Assembly (NCBI GenBank): GCA_965235115.1
Contig: OZ249444.1
Location: 17,236,001 to 17,300,000 of the forward strand
DNA from: Laetmonice hystrix
Taxonomy: Eukaryota
Reading direction: 5' to 3'
Length of the DNA: 64,000 nucleotides
A program made the translations under genes and the position numbers. This document shows, one piece after another, positions 1 to 10,854 of the stretch. Under the pieces are notes generated by a model that saw only the letters and a program-made list of their open reading frames with translations, was not told where the DNA came from and did no database searches. Numbering within the stretch: the first letter of the stretch is position 1; the number at the start of each line of letters is the position of its first letter.

Positions 1-137
1 TGGCTTCAGAGAGGGTCAGACAGAAAAACAAGTACCAACCATTATTTAAGACATTAAAGGAAATTGAAAGGACCATCTGTGATTTGACGAGACATCAGAT
101 TTTCTTCCTCATTTTTGATACCCCTTTGACCATCTTA

Positions 138-484
138 GGGTAGGTTCACATCTGGCTTAATTCTTATTCTAAGCGATTGCGATGGCGGACGCGTTTTGCG
201 ACCGAATATGCTCACATCAGGCCTATAACGTCACTGTAACCCCGCTATCAACAGGGTCAGACATGGACCGGAAGAGAAGAATATACGCGGCAGCGGCAGC
301 GGCAGCGGCAGCGGCAGCGGTGGCGAAAGTTTGGAAATTTCCCAATGCTTCGCGTTAAGAACGCGGTCATCGCAAACGCCTAAGACTAGTCTGAACACTC
401 TAATGATTCAAGGTAGAAGGCAATCGACCGCAAACGCGTCCGCCTAAGAATAAGAATAAGAATAAGCCAGGTGTGAACCGGTCC
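138..484. mobile_element. PIF/Harbinger-type (Tourist-like) MITE, 347 bp
   Basis: Left end GGGTAGGTTCACATCTGGCTTA; reverse complement of right end GGACCGGTTCACACCTGGCTTA. Inner IR match GGCGGACGCGTTT. TTA on both flanks (135-137, 485-487). Internal (GCGGCA)n at about 287-320. A TTA/TAA TSD is typical of PIF/Harbinger. Confidence 0.8.
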
Positions 485-624
485 TTACAGTAAGAGAGTA
501 CTAAATAGGGATATCGTTTTATTTTTGTATCAATTATTTAAGTGCGGGTGGGTGAACACCGAAGAACATATCAGAATGGTTGATTTGATATTATAAGTCT
601 CCTGTACGTAATGAGGTCGCATAC

Positions 625-981
625 ATCGTACGAATTGGTGCTGCCGGCGCCGACTGCGTCGAGCGACGCGTAAGTAGTGCCGTTGCCAAGGGAGCGAGGT
701 CGTATGTCTGGAGACTGGACGGAAGAAGTCGTCCCCGAGGACTTCCGTTCCACGTCCTCTCCAGCGAACCACAGCGCCTCCTGGATGGCTGACATCTGTG
801 GAGTCGTCTGGTATCGCTGAAAGAACCGCCCGCGACGACGCACCAGAAGTCGCGCCGCCTTCGACATTTGCTCGCCTTTGTCTGCGGCACCGGCCGCGAC
901 TTGCTCGCCAGGTGGCAGCTCGGGAGGCTGCGGTTCTGCTGCCTCCCGAGCCAGCATCGGTTTTACTGCATTCATCTCCAT
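625..981 (-). CDS. Probable first coding exon of an unidentified gene continuing off the left edge
   Basis: GC-rich ORF from ATG 981 (MEMNAVKPML...TNSYD). A candidate phase-0 donor GAT|GTATGC lies at 625/624, after which composition turns AT-rich. No recognisable domain. Confidence 0.5.
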
Positions 982-3025
982 TTGATTAGCTTTGTCCTGA
1001 AATTCAACACATTAACTAAGAAACCTGCATCGAATCCCATCCTATTCCTATGAATTTTGTACTTTCTAGAATATCTTTTCGCAAAAAGTCTATATAATAA
1101 GTTCTGTTTTTCAAGCACTCAGGTTCTTTTCAATATTATTATTAAAAGCGAACTACAATAGACAATACAGGTTATGGAAAAATATCACAAAAATAGTTGG
1201 ATAACAATTTTAATATGACTTCCTAAGAAGAAATGAAGATTATTTGTGACTAATTGCTTCGAAGTTTCTTGGTCAGTATATACTTTTTAAAGTGGTGGAA
1301 AAGGTGCATGCAAACGATGTCCCTGAAAGTTAATGTATAGCCGCATGCTGACGTCCTTCATGCCAGGATATACACAGGCAAATGTCGTTTTGCTAAAGGA
1401 TTAACGTTCACTTTGCAAATGCCGTGATATAGGCCGTGATATAGGCCATGGTTCTCTGTGAAATTTTAAAAAAAGACATCAAATAATGCAATCTCGGGAC
1501 ATCTTGTGTGGAAATATGAGGGTTTCCTTTGGTTAAACTAATGCATTTTACACCCCTTTTTTTTACCAAAATGTCCTTAATATAGTAATTTTTTAAGGTG
1601 GGGGGGGGGGTTCCGGAATACTTGGAAACCTCCCTGGATACGCCACTGGGCAGGTGTGCGCGTGCTGTCGTCTCGATCGACGACCGGCCGGCCGTGATAT
1701 AGTTTCTGTGGGAGGTTATTGTAATGATCATACTGAATCATTTCCGTTCGTCATTGAGGACTCTATAACCCTGATGAAACTGATAACACCAAATTCCCAT
1801 TCCCCTTTTCCGGTCACCTTCCCTGCAGCGTTTCTGAAATGTTTGACAATATACTGGAAATCATGCCGAAAGTGGAGGCGGCGTCCCGGTACAGATATGC
1901 TCCTTGTCATACTGTATAGTAGTAGGCCTACAACTCCTGCTAATGGTGTAGATAGACCAACAAGACTCCCGGATAAGATCGCTAATGTATACCGGATATA
2001 AACGCATACATGTAGGCCTACATGTGTGAAAGCACAACCTATCCCTCTCAGGATTGCTGGTGGTGAGTGTTTAAACACTCGCCTTCCGTTTTTATTTTGG
2101 AACCTTACCTCGGAGTTCTGTTGATATTACCTTTCTGAGGAGCCCTTAAATAAAGTGGTCCGAGACACGGCGAGCTATAGTTTGTCCATGGTCCAATTCC
2201 AGCGGGAGTGTCGACGTGTCTCTGGCAGTAATTGGTTAAGTCAGCCAGGGAGGGGGGTCTGTTAACCAAGGGATGGGGAGGGGGGCTTGACGGGGTCATT
2301 GGATCTGTGACACAGCAGCATACCGCCGACGGAAGTCACTACATGAGTGAGTGCATTCCGAGACTATACTATAGTGTCAGGGGCATCTAGTGGGGGGGGG
2401 GGGGGGGCTTTTTTGGTCAGGAAATAGCGGGTTTTTTTTCCTTCTAAATTTAAAAAAATTCTGGGGAGGACTCCAGACCCCCATGGATGATATTGGTAGG
2501 CTAGGCCTAAATGCTCTGACAGGTCATGGGCATCCGGTTTCTAAGTTCTTTGGAAATGTCGGTATATGGTATACCCTATGTCTATTGTGCGAGTGTGTAA
2601 ACAGACGACAGAATATATATTATAACGCTGACCCCCTCATATCCACCCGAACCATCCCTTTTATTCCCACTCCCCTGCCCCCCCCCCCCCCCCCCGACAT
2701 GTCTCCCACACCATGTGAACCGAAACCATAAACCTTTTGATTCGGTTTCATACGAAAGGTCGGCTAGACATTACATGTAGTATAGGCCTACCCTTAATCC
2801 TCTCAGCTAATATATAGTGACATGATTTCTCTTTCTAAAATATTACATTATATTGTGTCAATCTGACGAAAAAGTTTTGTTCTGTCTATCATAGTTAAGA
2901 GGGTTAGGGGTTCTTAAAGAGGGCGAGACGATAGGTCTCTTAAAACCTGCATGATATACGAACTATCAGATCCACGTGTGACCTCGCACGAGTTACAAGC
3001 CAAGGTGTGACTATCCGGAAAGGGT

Positions 3026-3063
3026 TGGCCACCAGGGGGCGGGTAACGACATCGATGACGTCA
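3026..3063 (+). promoter_or_regulatory. Near-consensus CTCF motif plus full CRE in the divergent intergenic region
   Basis: TGGCCACCAGGGGGCGGG (3026-3043) versus CTCF consensus TGGCCACCAGGGGGCGCTA; TGACGTCA at 3056-3063. Sequence match only. Confidence 0.55.
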
Positions 3064-4281
3064 CGACAGCGGTCTCTATATCTCAGACAGTCGTCAGACA
3101 GAGAAGAATTTCTCTAGGCCTAACCCCACTGAGAGTGAATAGCGGCAGAGTCGAATTCAACGTAAGCGTGGAAATCACAACGGTAGGTTTGAAATTAAGG
3201 GGACGCAGGCCTATAGCCTACTGTTGTCTACCATTAGGCCTATGTTGATCGCGATTTGGCCGGATTTGGGTACCTATTTTAGGCCTAACTTTCAGTTTTA
3301 GAGGATGATCTCGCCATACTTCAAGTCGCCATGGATTTCGACAGCCAGTAGGCTATCCATCGGGGTAACCCAGGCCCTAACGCTAGCCCATCACACCTTA
3401 CAAGGCATGGAATGCCGGTTTCTACAGTGGATTAACAATATCCTGAACTGTGTTACTGGTAACCTGTGTTCTGTCCGGTGACCGACGAGAAACTCATGAT
3501 TACAATATTATCAGTGAAGCAGAACACCCGTTGCTTTGTTTAATTGCGGCATTCGGTCGGAACCTCGGGTTAAGGTTCTACTGCTTGGAGGGGTTGTGTG
3601 TCTGCGGGACACGCTTGAGCTGTCAGAATTAGATTAACAAAGTAGGGTCTATACTTGGCATCCAGAAGACTGCTATTTGAACGAGTTGAAAAATTATATA
3701 GGTCTATCTAGATGATCTATACATGTTATAGGCCTTCACATCAATAAACAACCTTATTAGTGGTGCCAGATATGATCATGTCACAACTGGATTATAAACA
3801 CTAATTAAACCTACAGGAAAAGTTCAAACTATCAATATAAGGGTGTTCAGCATGAACAAGCTTGTTCCTACCTACAATCCTGTGATGGTCTGATCTTTAA
3901 TAAAGAAATAACCAACTGAAATGTAGCTAGACGTTCTCCCCCTGGCTTCGTCTGCTTGTCTGCCCTACTAAAATTTGTCTTGTCCACGAATTGTAATGTG
4001 GCCGCCAGGCGGAATGAACCACGCAGATTCCCGGCCAGAGGGCCGCTATTCAAGTACCGCCGCGATTCCCCTTTTACCAGAAACTTGCCCATGATGGGAC
4101 AGATTCATTGACGATTTCAGAGAGGGTTGCAAACGATAGCCGCACACAAACTCTGTTATTTCTTAACATGCCCCTATAAGGGTGTGAAGAGAGAGAAAAA
4201 GCTGTCACCGGTAAGAGTACACAGTCAGTAGTGCAGTCGTAGTGAGTGAGTGAGTGTCCGATGAAGCCAGTGACGGCGTAA

Positions 4282-4397
4282 CGCGTGTGAAAATAGCGAA
4301 TGACCCAGACGGTATTTTTAAAAGTCGCCTTAGACACCGTTCCACTTATCGGCGCGACTTTAGACACTTCACATGGTGTTACTGGTGTTCAAAGGTA
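4282..4397 (+). repeat. Interspersed repeat fragment, copy A (copy B at 38726-38841, inverted)
   Basis: 116 bp aligning to the reverse complement of 38726-38841 at roughly 85-90% identity by eye. Confidence 0.85.
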
Positions 4398-4566
4398 CGT
4401 TAGTAAGGAACTTTGCCTGCCTCTTTAACCCATACAGATAAGTCTCCTTATAGGCCTAAATCTCCTCGATTAATGAGCTGGTGGGTAAGTATGACATGAC
4501 GTAAATGCAGTGTGAAAGGTTCATTATAATAACTACACAATTGGTCGTCTTGTGTCTGGTCTACAG

Positions 4567-7356
4567 ATGTCATCCGACATGAAGATTTATTTTTGTGGAA
4601 GTATCCGCGGAGGACGCGAGGATGCCGCTATATATCTCAAGATTGTCAACCATCTCAAGACGTACGGTCACGTGCTCAATGAGATTGTGGCCGACCAGAC
4701 GCTGACGAAAGAAGGTAGGCCCCTTATATAGTTGTATTTTTCTTTTGAAATGCACGGGCATCAGGGGTAACCCAATTACTTTGACAATGTCCCTAAAGAG
4801 AAAAGTTGTATAGTCCTCTACAGGAATCGAAGTAAGTAAACACCTTTAGGGACTGTTGGCACCACCATTATTAAAGGGGTTATAACCTGGTGCTATGAGC
4901 AGAAGCGCAGAATGGAAATTATATCCCACCAAAGCTATCGTAAAATCGCTTGTAGCCCCTACCTTCACAATGATCAGTAGGCTTTCAATGCATAGGCCTA
5001 ATCAGGATAAATCTATAGTTATTGGTATAGGCCTATATGCCTACTTTGCAAGAGAGTTGGTTAACGTTTGTTGGCATCATTCGCAGTGTAGGCCTATGGA
5101 TCTACGTTTTGCGGACTGTGGTAACTAACCGACCAGCCATGTTGCAGACCGTATGCCGCCAGATGGCGAGGTTGGCGTCCATGATCGTGACATGCTCTGG
5201 TTCCACCAATCAGACGGTAAGAAAATGCCTCGCTGTTGAAACCCCTATTTTTATTCCTTGTCATTTCTTCAAACTTACACCCACCCCTTTCCCTATTAAA
5301 ATAACGCATGATTTGAGGCGGGTTTTTTTATTTAAGTATTTAGCCCTATATACAAAGATAAATTGTCGTTTCAGTGTTGGTGGCCGAGGTGACGCAGCCG
5401 TCGCTAGGGGTCGGCTATGAGCTTGGACGCGCCTTCGAAAACAACAAACTGTCGCTCGTCCTGTTTCAGGTGGATAACGCCAGGGGGCAGAGTAAGTATG
5501 GGCATTACTGCATTCGGCCAACCTCGGGACAGATCTGCCTGGCCCTCGCACGGTCGTCGCCATGTTGGATCTTCTTTTATCATGTGACACGTGGTCAAAA
5601 TGGCAACGGCCGACACACTGACAAATTATAAGGTGAAAGACAAGCAGTGTCTGGCTTGTTTAAAAGCAGATCTCCGCTTGATACCTCTGACAAGTAGATT
5701 AGACATCAAAGAATCTATTCAGGTCTCTATAGATACTTTTTTTAGATGTTGACATTCCTATTGGCATTGTTTATCGTCAGACGGAAGTCAACGTCCGTCC
5801 CACGGACGCGTTGTCTCACTCGGAATTCCCTTGGGCATATGACGTCATTTCTTATGTTGATGCAAGCTGCATGGTAAAGTCGTATGATTTCATAAATACT
5901 GCAAAACTGAATGTGTCGCGGCTGCTAAGAACGAACGAGACTGCAAATCCTCGGATAAACAATCCCGCGTTAGGCCGAAATACTGATGATCTATGAACTA
6001 GCCTACTTTGCGCACGCGAGTTGTGATGTGCCCAAACCCGTGGAATCTACGTCATATCATTGCGGCTTGCGAGGTCCGAGACCACAACTAGCGAAGGGAC
6101 CGGAAGTTGGGCTGAGGTGTTCCGAATGGCCCATGCATGATCCTGCCCCCGGGGGTTACTAGTGTACCAGGTTTGATGTAGGCTACCCCTCCCCCCCAGG
6201 CCCGTACCGGGGGGGGGGGGGGGTCCATGGGGTTTCCGACCCCACCCCACCCCCCTTTCCCATGCTGTAAAACCATTTCCGTCAGAATTTTGATCTCCTG
6301 ATGTCAGGAGCGTTTTTTGGCCTTTCAAAATGAACAATTTTCCGGGGAAGGACTCCCGGACCCTCGCGACACATGAACGCCTTTTTGCACGCCCCCCCCC
6401 CTGCAACATTTAAAACTGACAAATGGCAAAATGACCCTAAGTAACCCTAACGTCAGGTTTATGTATAAGGTTATGGTTAGTTTCAAATGACGCTCTTGAA
6501 AGCATTGCGTGTGGACTGACCATGGAATGAAAATGTAGTAGGCTATACGTCAAGGCATACATGTATTCGTGTTTTTAACTTTCTCGTCTATTATATAAGT
6601 TCTGCCAAGATCTAAAGGTAGGCCTACAATTCGCAAATGTGTTTGCCCTCCCCCCGATCTAGGAAGGCCTAATTTCAAGAGCCCCTCGACCTTTTTAGGC
6701 CGCCACCAAAGGTGGGTGGGGGAAGCCCCCTCCGTCCCCCGGCAGCCGCGGCCATGGAGACTGGGCCCTATCCATTTTGTGCAGCAAGGGGAAATCCCTT
6801 ACTCCTGATCTGCAATGCTCCAGTTCTCGTCCGAAACGAAAGATACTGACCTGAATGTAGATGTTACTATAACTTCCTGTTCTAAGCTTTCAAGGTGACC
6901 TTGGATGTATAACAGGTTACTCAAAATCTTGAGTGTGCATGGGTTCAACTAAAACGGCAATGAAACTGCCATAGCTTGTTGACTGCGTATAGAGGCCCTA
7001 CATGGCCCTTTTGAGAGAAAGAGCGAGTTTTCTTGGTCTTCTGTGCTCTTTCTATCAGCCCTTATGTAAAAACCGAACATTGTTGGAATCGACTGTATGC
7101 AGTATAGACCTATTCTTGGTAGCCAATGAAAAAAATATCAATTAATAATCGAATACAACTCGTACAGATTAAGGGTTTACAGTTACTCGATATCCATTGT
7201 GGTGATATATAGGCCTATCCTTGTTTTACAGAATTATCGGCGATGATTCGCGGGGCTCCGTCTAACGCTGGAAAGTTCCATGTCTACGACTACACAGAAA
7301 ATAATGTCCTGCAAATAATCGACAGTTTCATGAATAATATAAAGCGAAAACAGTAA
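4567..7356 (+). CDS. DNPH1: 2'-deoxynucleoside 5'-phosphate N-hydrolase 1 (Rcl), 152 aa
   Basis: Exons 4567-4714, 5148-5216, 5375-5491, 7232-7356 (459 nt; all GT-AG, all phase 1). Motifs KIYFCGSIRGGRED, HDRDMLW, AEVTQPSLGVGYELGRA and LSAMIRG match DNPH1. An alternative ATG lies at 4579. Confidence 0.95.
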
Positions 7357-7527
7357 TTAGCCGTATAGTTGTATTTGCCTGTAACCTTTACCATATAGCA
7401 TCTTGAGGTCATATAATATTATGGAAGGTTAGCTACATGGGGTTCCCTGTCAGAGTTCCGGAGAGATGTCAGACTAATGAATATCTTATATAGCAGAAAA
7501 TAATGTTACGTTCAGTTCTATACTACT

Positions 7528-7568
7528 AATAAATAAAATAAATACGTTCATACATCAAAAAGTTTATT
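7528..7568. terminator. Back-to-back polyadenylation signals between convergent DNPH1 and TNF-ligand genes
   Basis: AATAAA on + at 7528, 7532 and 7537; AATAAA on - at 7563-7568. Use is inferred, not shown. Confidence 0.45.
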
Positions 7569-8051
7569 CATTGCCTTGATAACCCTTCCTCCATCTATTC
7601 CCTGGGCATGACAGTATACATATTATGTAAGGAAGAAGAACCAGCTATTCCTATATAACATAATGAATTAATCATTGCAATTGACTCTTGAATACTGTTT
7701 TGGGAAACATAAAAATTACATATTATGATATGATTATTATTTGATAAGTATACATCGCTGACCATCGGTATTGTAATATTATGAACTAAGTAATGTACTA
7801 TAGCATATAGTTGTGTAATGCCTGATTTATTTCCGGATAATGTTTTTCGTTCTCTATCGGAAACACTTATATGTATTTAAGTAACGTTATCCGGGACTGA
7901 TCAGATAATTGGACACATTTGCCTCTATATTTTGCTAAGAACTGCTATTGGCATGGTGCAATATCTTCATTTGTGACCTTTAAATGTGACAGACATATAT
8001 TATGTAATAATATTGTCTCTTGTGTAATATATGAACGCCACATGTTTTACA

Positions 8052-8470
8052 TACTGATGGGTAAGGAACATAATATCTCTTATGTAAAATACAAACGCAC
8101 ACAAAAAAAAACACGCATTACAAACTGATGGGCATGGAATGAATGGAATATCTCTTGTGCAGAAACGCACACACGCATTACAAACTGATGGGCATGGAAT
8201 GAATGGAATATCTCTTGTGTAGAAACGCACACACGCATTACAAACTGATGGTAGGAATGAATGGAATATCTCTTGTGTACAAACGCACACACGCATTACA
8301 AACTGATGGTAGGAATGAATGGAATATCTCTTGTGTAAAATACAAACACACACACGTATTGCGGACTGATGGGCAAGGAATGAATGGAATACCTAGCTTG
8401 TGTAAAATACAAACGCACACACGCATTACAAACTGATGGGCATGGAATGAATGGAATATCTCTTGTGTAA
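8052..8470. repeat. Tandem array, ~55-60 bp unit, about 7 copies
   Basis: Unit approximately AAACGCACACACGCATTACAAACTGATGGGCATGGAATGAATGGAATATCTCTTGTGT, starting about 140 bp beyond the TNF-ligand stop codon. Confidence 0.9.
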
Positions 8471-8610
8471 GATATAGGACTGCACACACGTCGATGGAAA
8501 ATAATCATAACGAAGATATGCTTTTCATGAGTTCACGCAGATACACGAACAAGTTTTGGTGAAAATACTAATGAAAAAATGAATACATAATCACATTGGA
8601 CATGATATTG

Positions 8611-10854
8611 TCAGACGTGAATGAGGCCCAGGTGGTTGGCGCCTGGCAGGCGGCGGTAAACATTCGAAGCGTTGGTGACATTGATGAAGACCCTTTCTCC
8701 CTTTCGCAGCCTGACCAGTCCGTTAACAGAGACTGGCACGAACTTGTCTTGACTGCAGTCTCGGCCAGCGCAGTCCAGCGACACAACGGTAAACATGAGT
8801 TCTTTACGAACTTCATGATGTGAACTGTTAACGAGAAAAAGGAATATTTAGCAGGCCTACTCTGTCTTCAATCTGTTATTGATTTTAATTGATGACGTCA
8901 TTGCGGTTTCGTAGTTTTTGCGACTTGAATAAGGCGTAAAGTCATTTCATTTGTCCTCTTTCATTGCTCTCAAGATTAAAATACATGAAGCCATATCAAA
9001 AACACATCAGTTTGAAAAGATACATGCGCAAATAATCGCCCCTCCGAAAAATAAAAGCTTATAGAATCAGTATACGGACCTCTGAATGTACAGTTTCCAC
9101 CGATTTGTAGCGTCAGTTCGAATCTGATACAGCAAAAGCTGAAAAGAAAAAGTTTCCATTTAGCATCGATATTTCTAAAGGTTAGAATTTATTAAAGCGT
9201 AACGTTGACGATACCATATAATCGTTAGATAAACAAAAACGTTTAAACTTAACGTATCTAGAGAAAGCTAGCTCAACTGATCCTACTACTACTGCGACAA
9301 CCCACCTGGCAATAAAGGAAGTACATTCCAGCCTGCTGAACCTCTATTTCATGATTTGATTTATGAAACTTAAAATTGAGGCTATCGATACTCCTATGCC
9401 AGTATGACAGCCTCTCTCCTCCCTCTGTCAAAGAAAACAGCAGCGAAAGGATGACCAACGATCAAAGAAAAGAATCCACTATCGAATTAGGCCTAAATAA
9501 AATGAAATGAGTGAATGAATGCAATAATTAATAGCGTTTGAATAAATCAAAAGCAGTGTATCTATGAGCAGGTCGATGTATAGGCCTGTACTTGCAGACA
9601 AACAACCGGCGACTTTCAGGTTAGGGGCGGACCATTTGTTCGTAGGGGCTATCATCTGTTCACCAAACATATAGGGAAAATAGTTTGGTCATGAAACTAC
9701 ATAAAAAATAGTTTGTTCCATATAAATGTAAAAGATAATACATGTACAATAGTATAGTCCAAATAGAAACAAATATAGTTTGATTAATGGTAATAGTGGG
9801 AAAAAGATTGCATTGGCCTGGGGGGGGGATAAAGTGTGCTACGGAAGAGTGTGCTATCTTTGATAGCCCCCTCCCCCCTGGTATCAGATGGTCCGCCCCG
9901 TACTCCATCCGCCAAACAGGTTAGAAGAACGGTAGGTCTGGATCTGTAGGTCTATTATACTTGCCATCACTAGGCCCACCTTGTGTTGTGGGTTCCACAA
10001 TAAGGCTGATTTCCACTGCTGCCCGCGTACCGTTTAGTACCATACCCATCTCTAGAAGATAGCAGGGGTATGAATTCAAACCCATCATCACCAACGGAGA
10101 CATATAGCTATGTTTAAAACATACTAACCTAATGTCAATCAAATATATTATGTTATTCAATGTCACCAAAAATCAAAAGTGATCTTAGTTGTCTTTCCTT
10201 AATTACACAACTGCCCCAATGTCATTCTGCTTACCTCTTGGTGCAAGCTCGTCCATTCGAGCCTTTATTACCTGAAAAGGCATCAGAATATCTTTGAATT
10301 CAATCGTTGATGAGAGTCTATAGGGCGAATTTACGGGAAGCAACGGTCGTGGAAATTTCTATACCACCATGTGAAGACTTCGAAGCTCTCTTGACCTATG
10401 TTATGCCATTCTCGTCCCCCCCCCTTTCAGTTATTTTAGATAGAAAGAAGGTATTAAATAGCATTGAATTGTTTGCCTCGGTTAAACAAAAGAATGTGTG
10501 TCTACAAGGTGTTAACCTGCCTACCTCATCCAACATCTCCTGGACCGAGTCTTTCGTACAACAGACTCTGTTCTCCGAGTCTCCCGACTTGAGCTCAGAG
10601 CACGGCACGCAGAACGCCCTGGCCTGGTCTCCTGAAGTCATCCTGAACACGGGCGTCGTGAAGTACAAGAACGCCACCACCAGCAGGAATATGGCTGTGA
10701 GAACGAACACTGTCTGGAGGAGGAAGCATGTCCTGAGACGGCGCAGGCGGGCGTGATAGTCCCACAGGTGTTGGGGTTTTAACATGACGTGGTGACACGG
10801 CAGGGCGGTGATCAGCGTCTCCCGACTGGTTCCAATGGGACTAGATGGCCACAT
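8611..10854 (-). CDS. TNF-superfamily ligand (type II membrane protein with C-terminal TNF homology domain), 276-281 aa
   Basis: Exons (minus) 10854-10525, 10271-10235, 10051-9965 (or -9980), 9424-9306, 9138-9080, 8824-8611; phases 0,1,1,0,2 join in frame. Features: basic stretch then TM helix (CFLLQTVFVLTAIFLLVVAFLYF), Cys-rich stalk, and THD motifs EIEVQQAGMYFLYCQV and VSVNGLVRLRKGERVFINV...NHLGLIHV*. Confidence 0.88.

Noticed and set aside
1421-1710. Short direct repeats GCCGTGATATAG at about 1421, 1433 and 1692
   Set aside because: Too short and irregular to assign; probably remnants around a decayed insertion.
7919-8508. Several 70-117 aa ORFs on both strands
   Set aside because: They are translations of the ~57-bp tandem array, with no splice or domain support.
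10307-10756. 149-aa plus-strand ORF
   Set aside because: Antisense shadow of the GC-rich TNF-ligand exon 1, with no motif or independent splice support.
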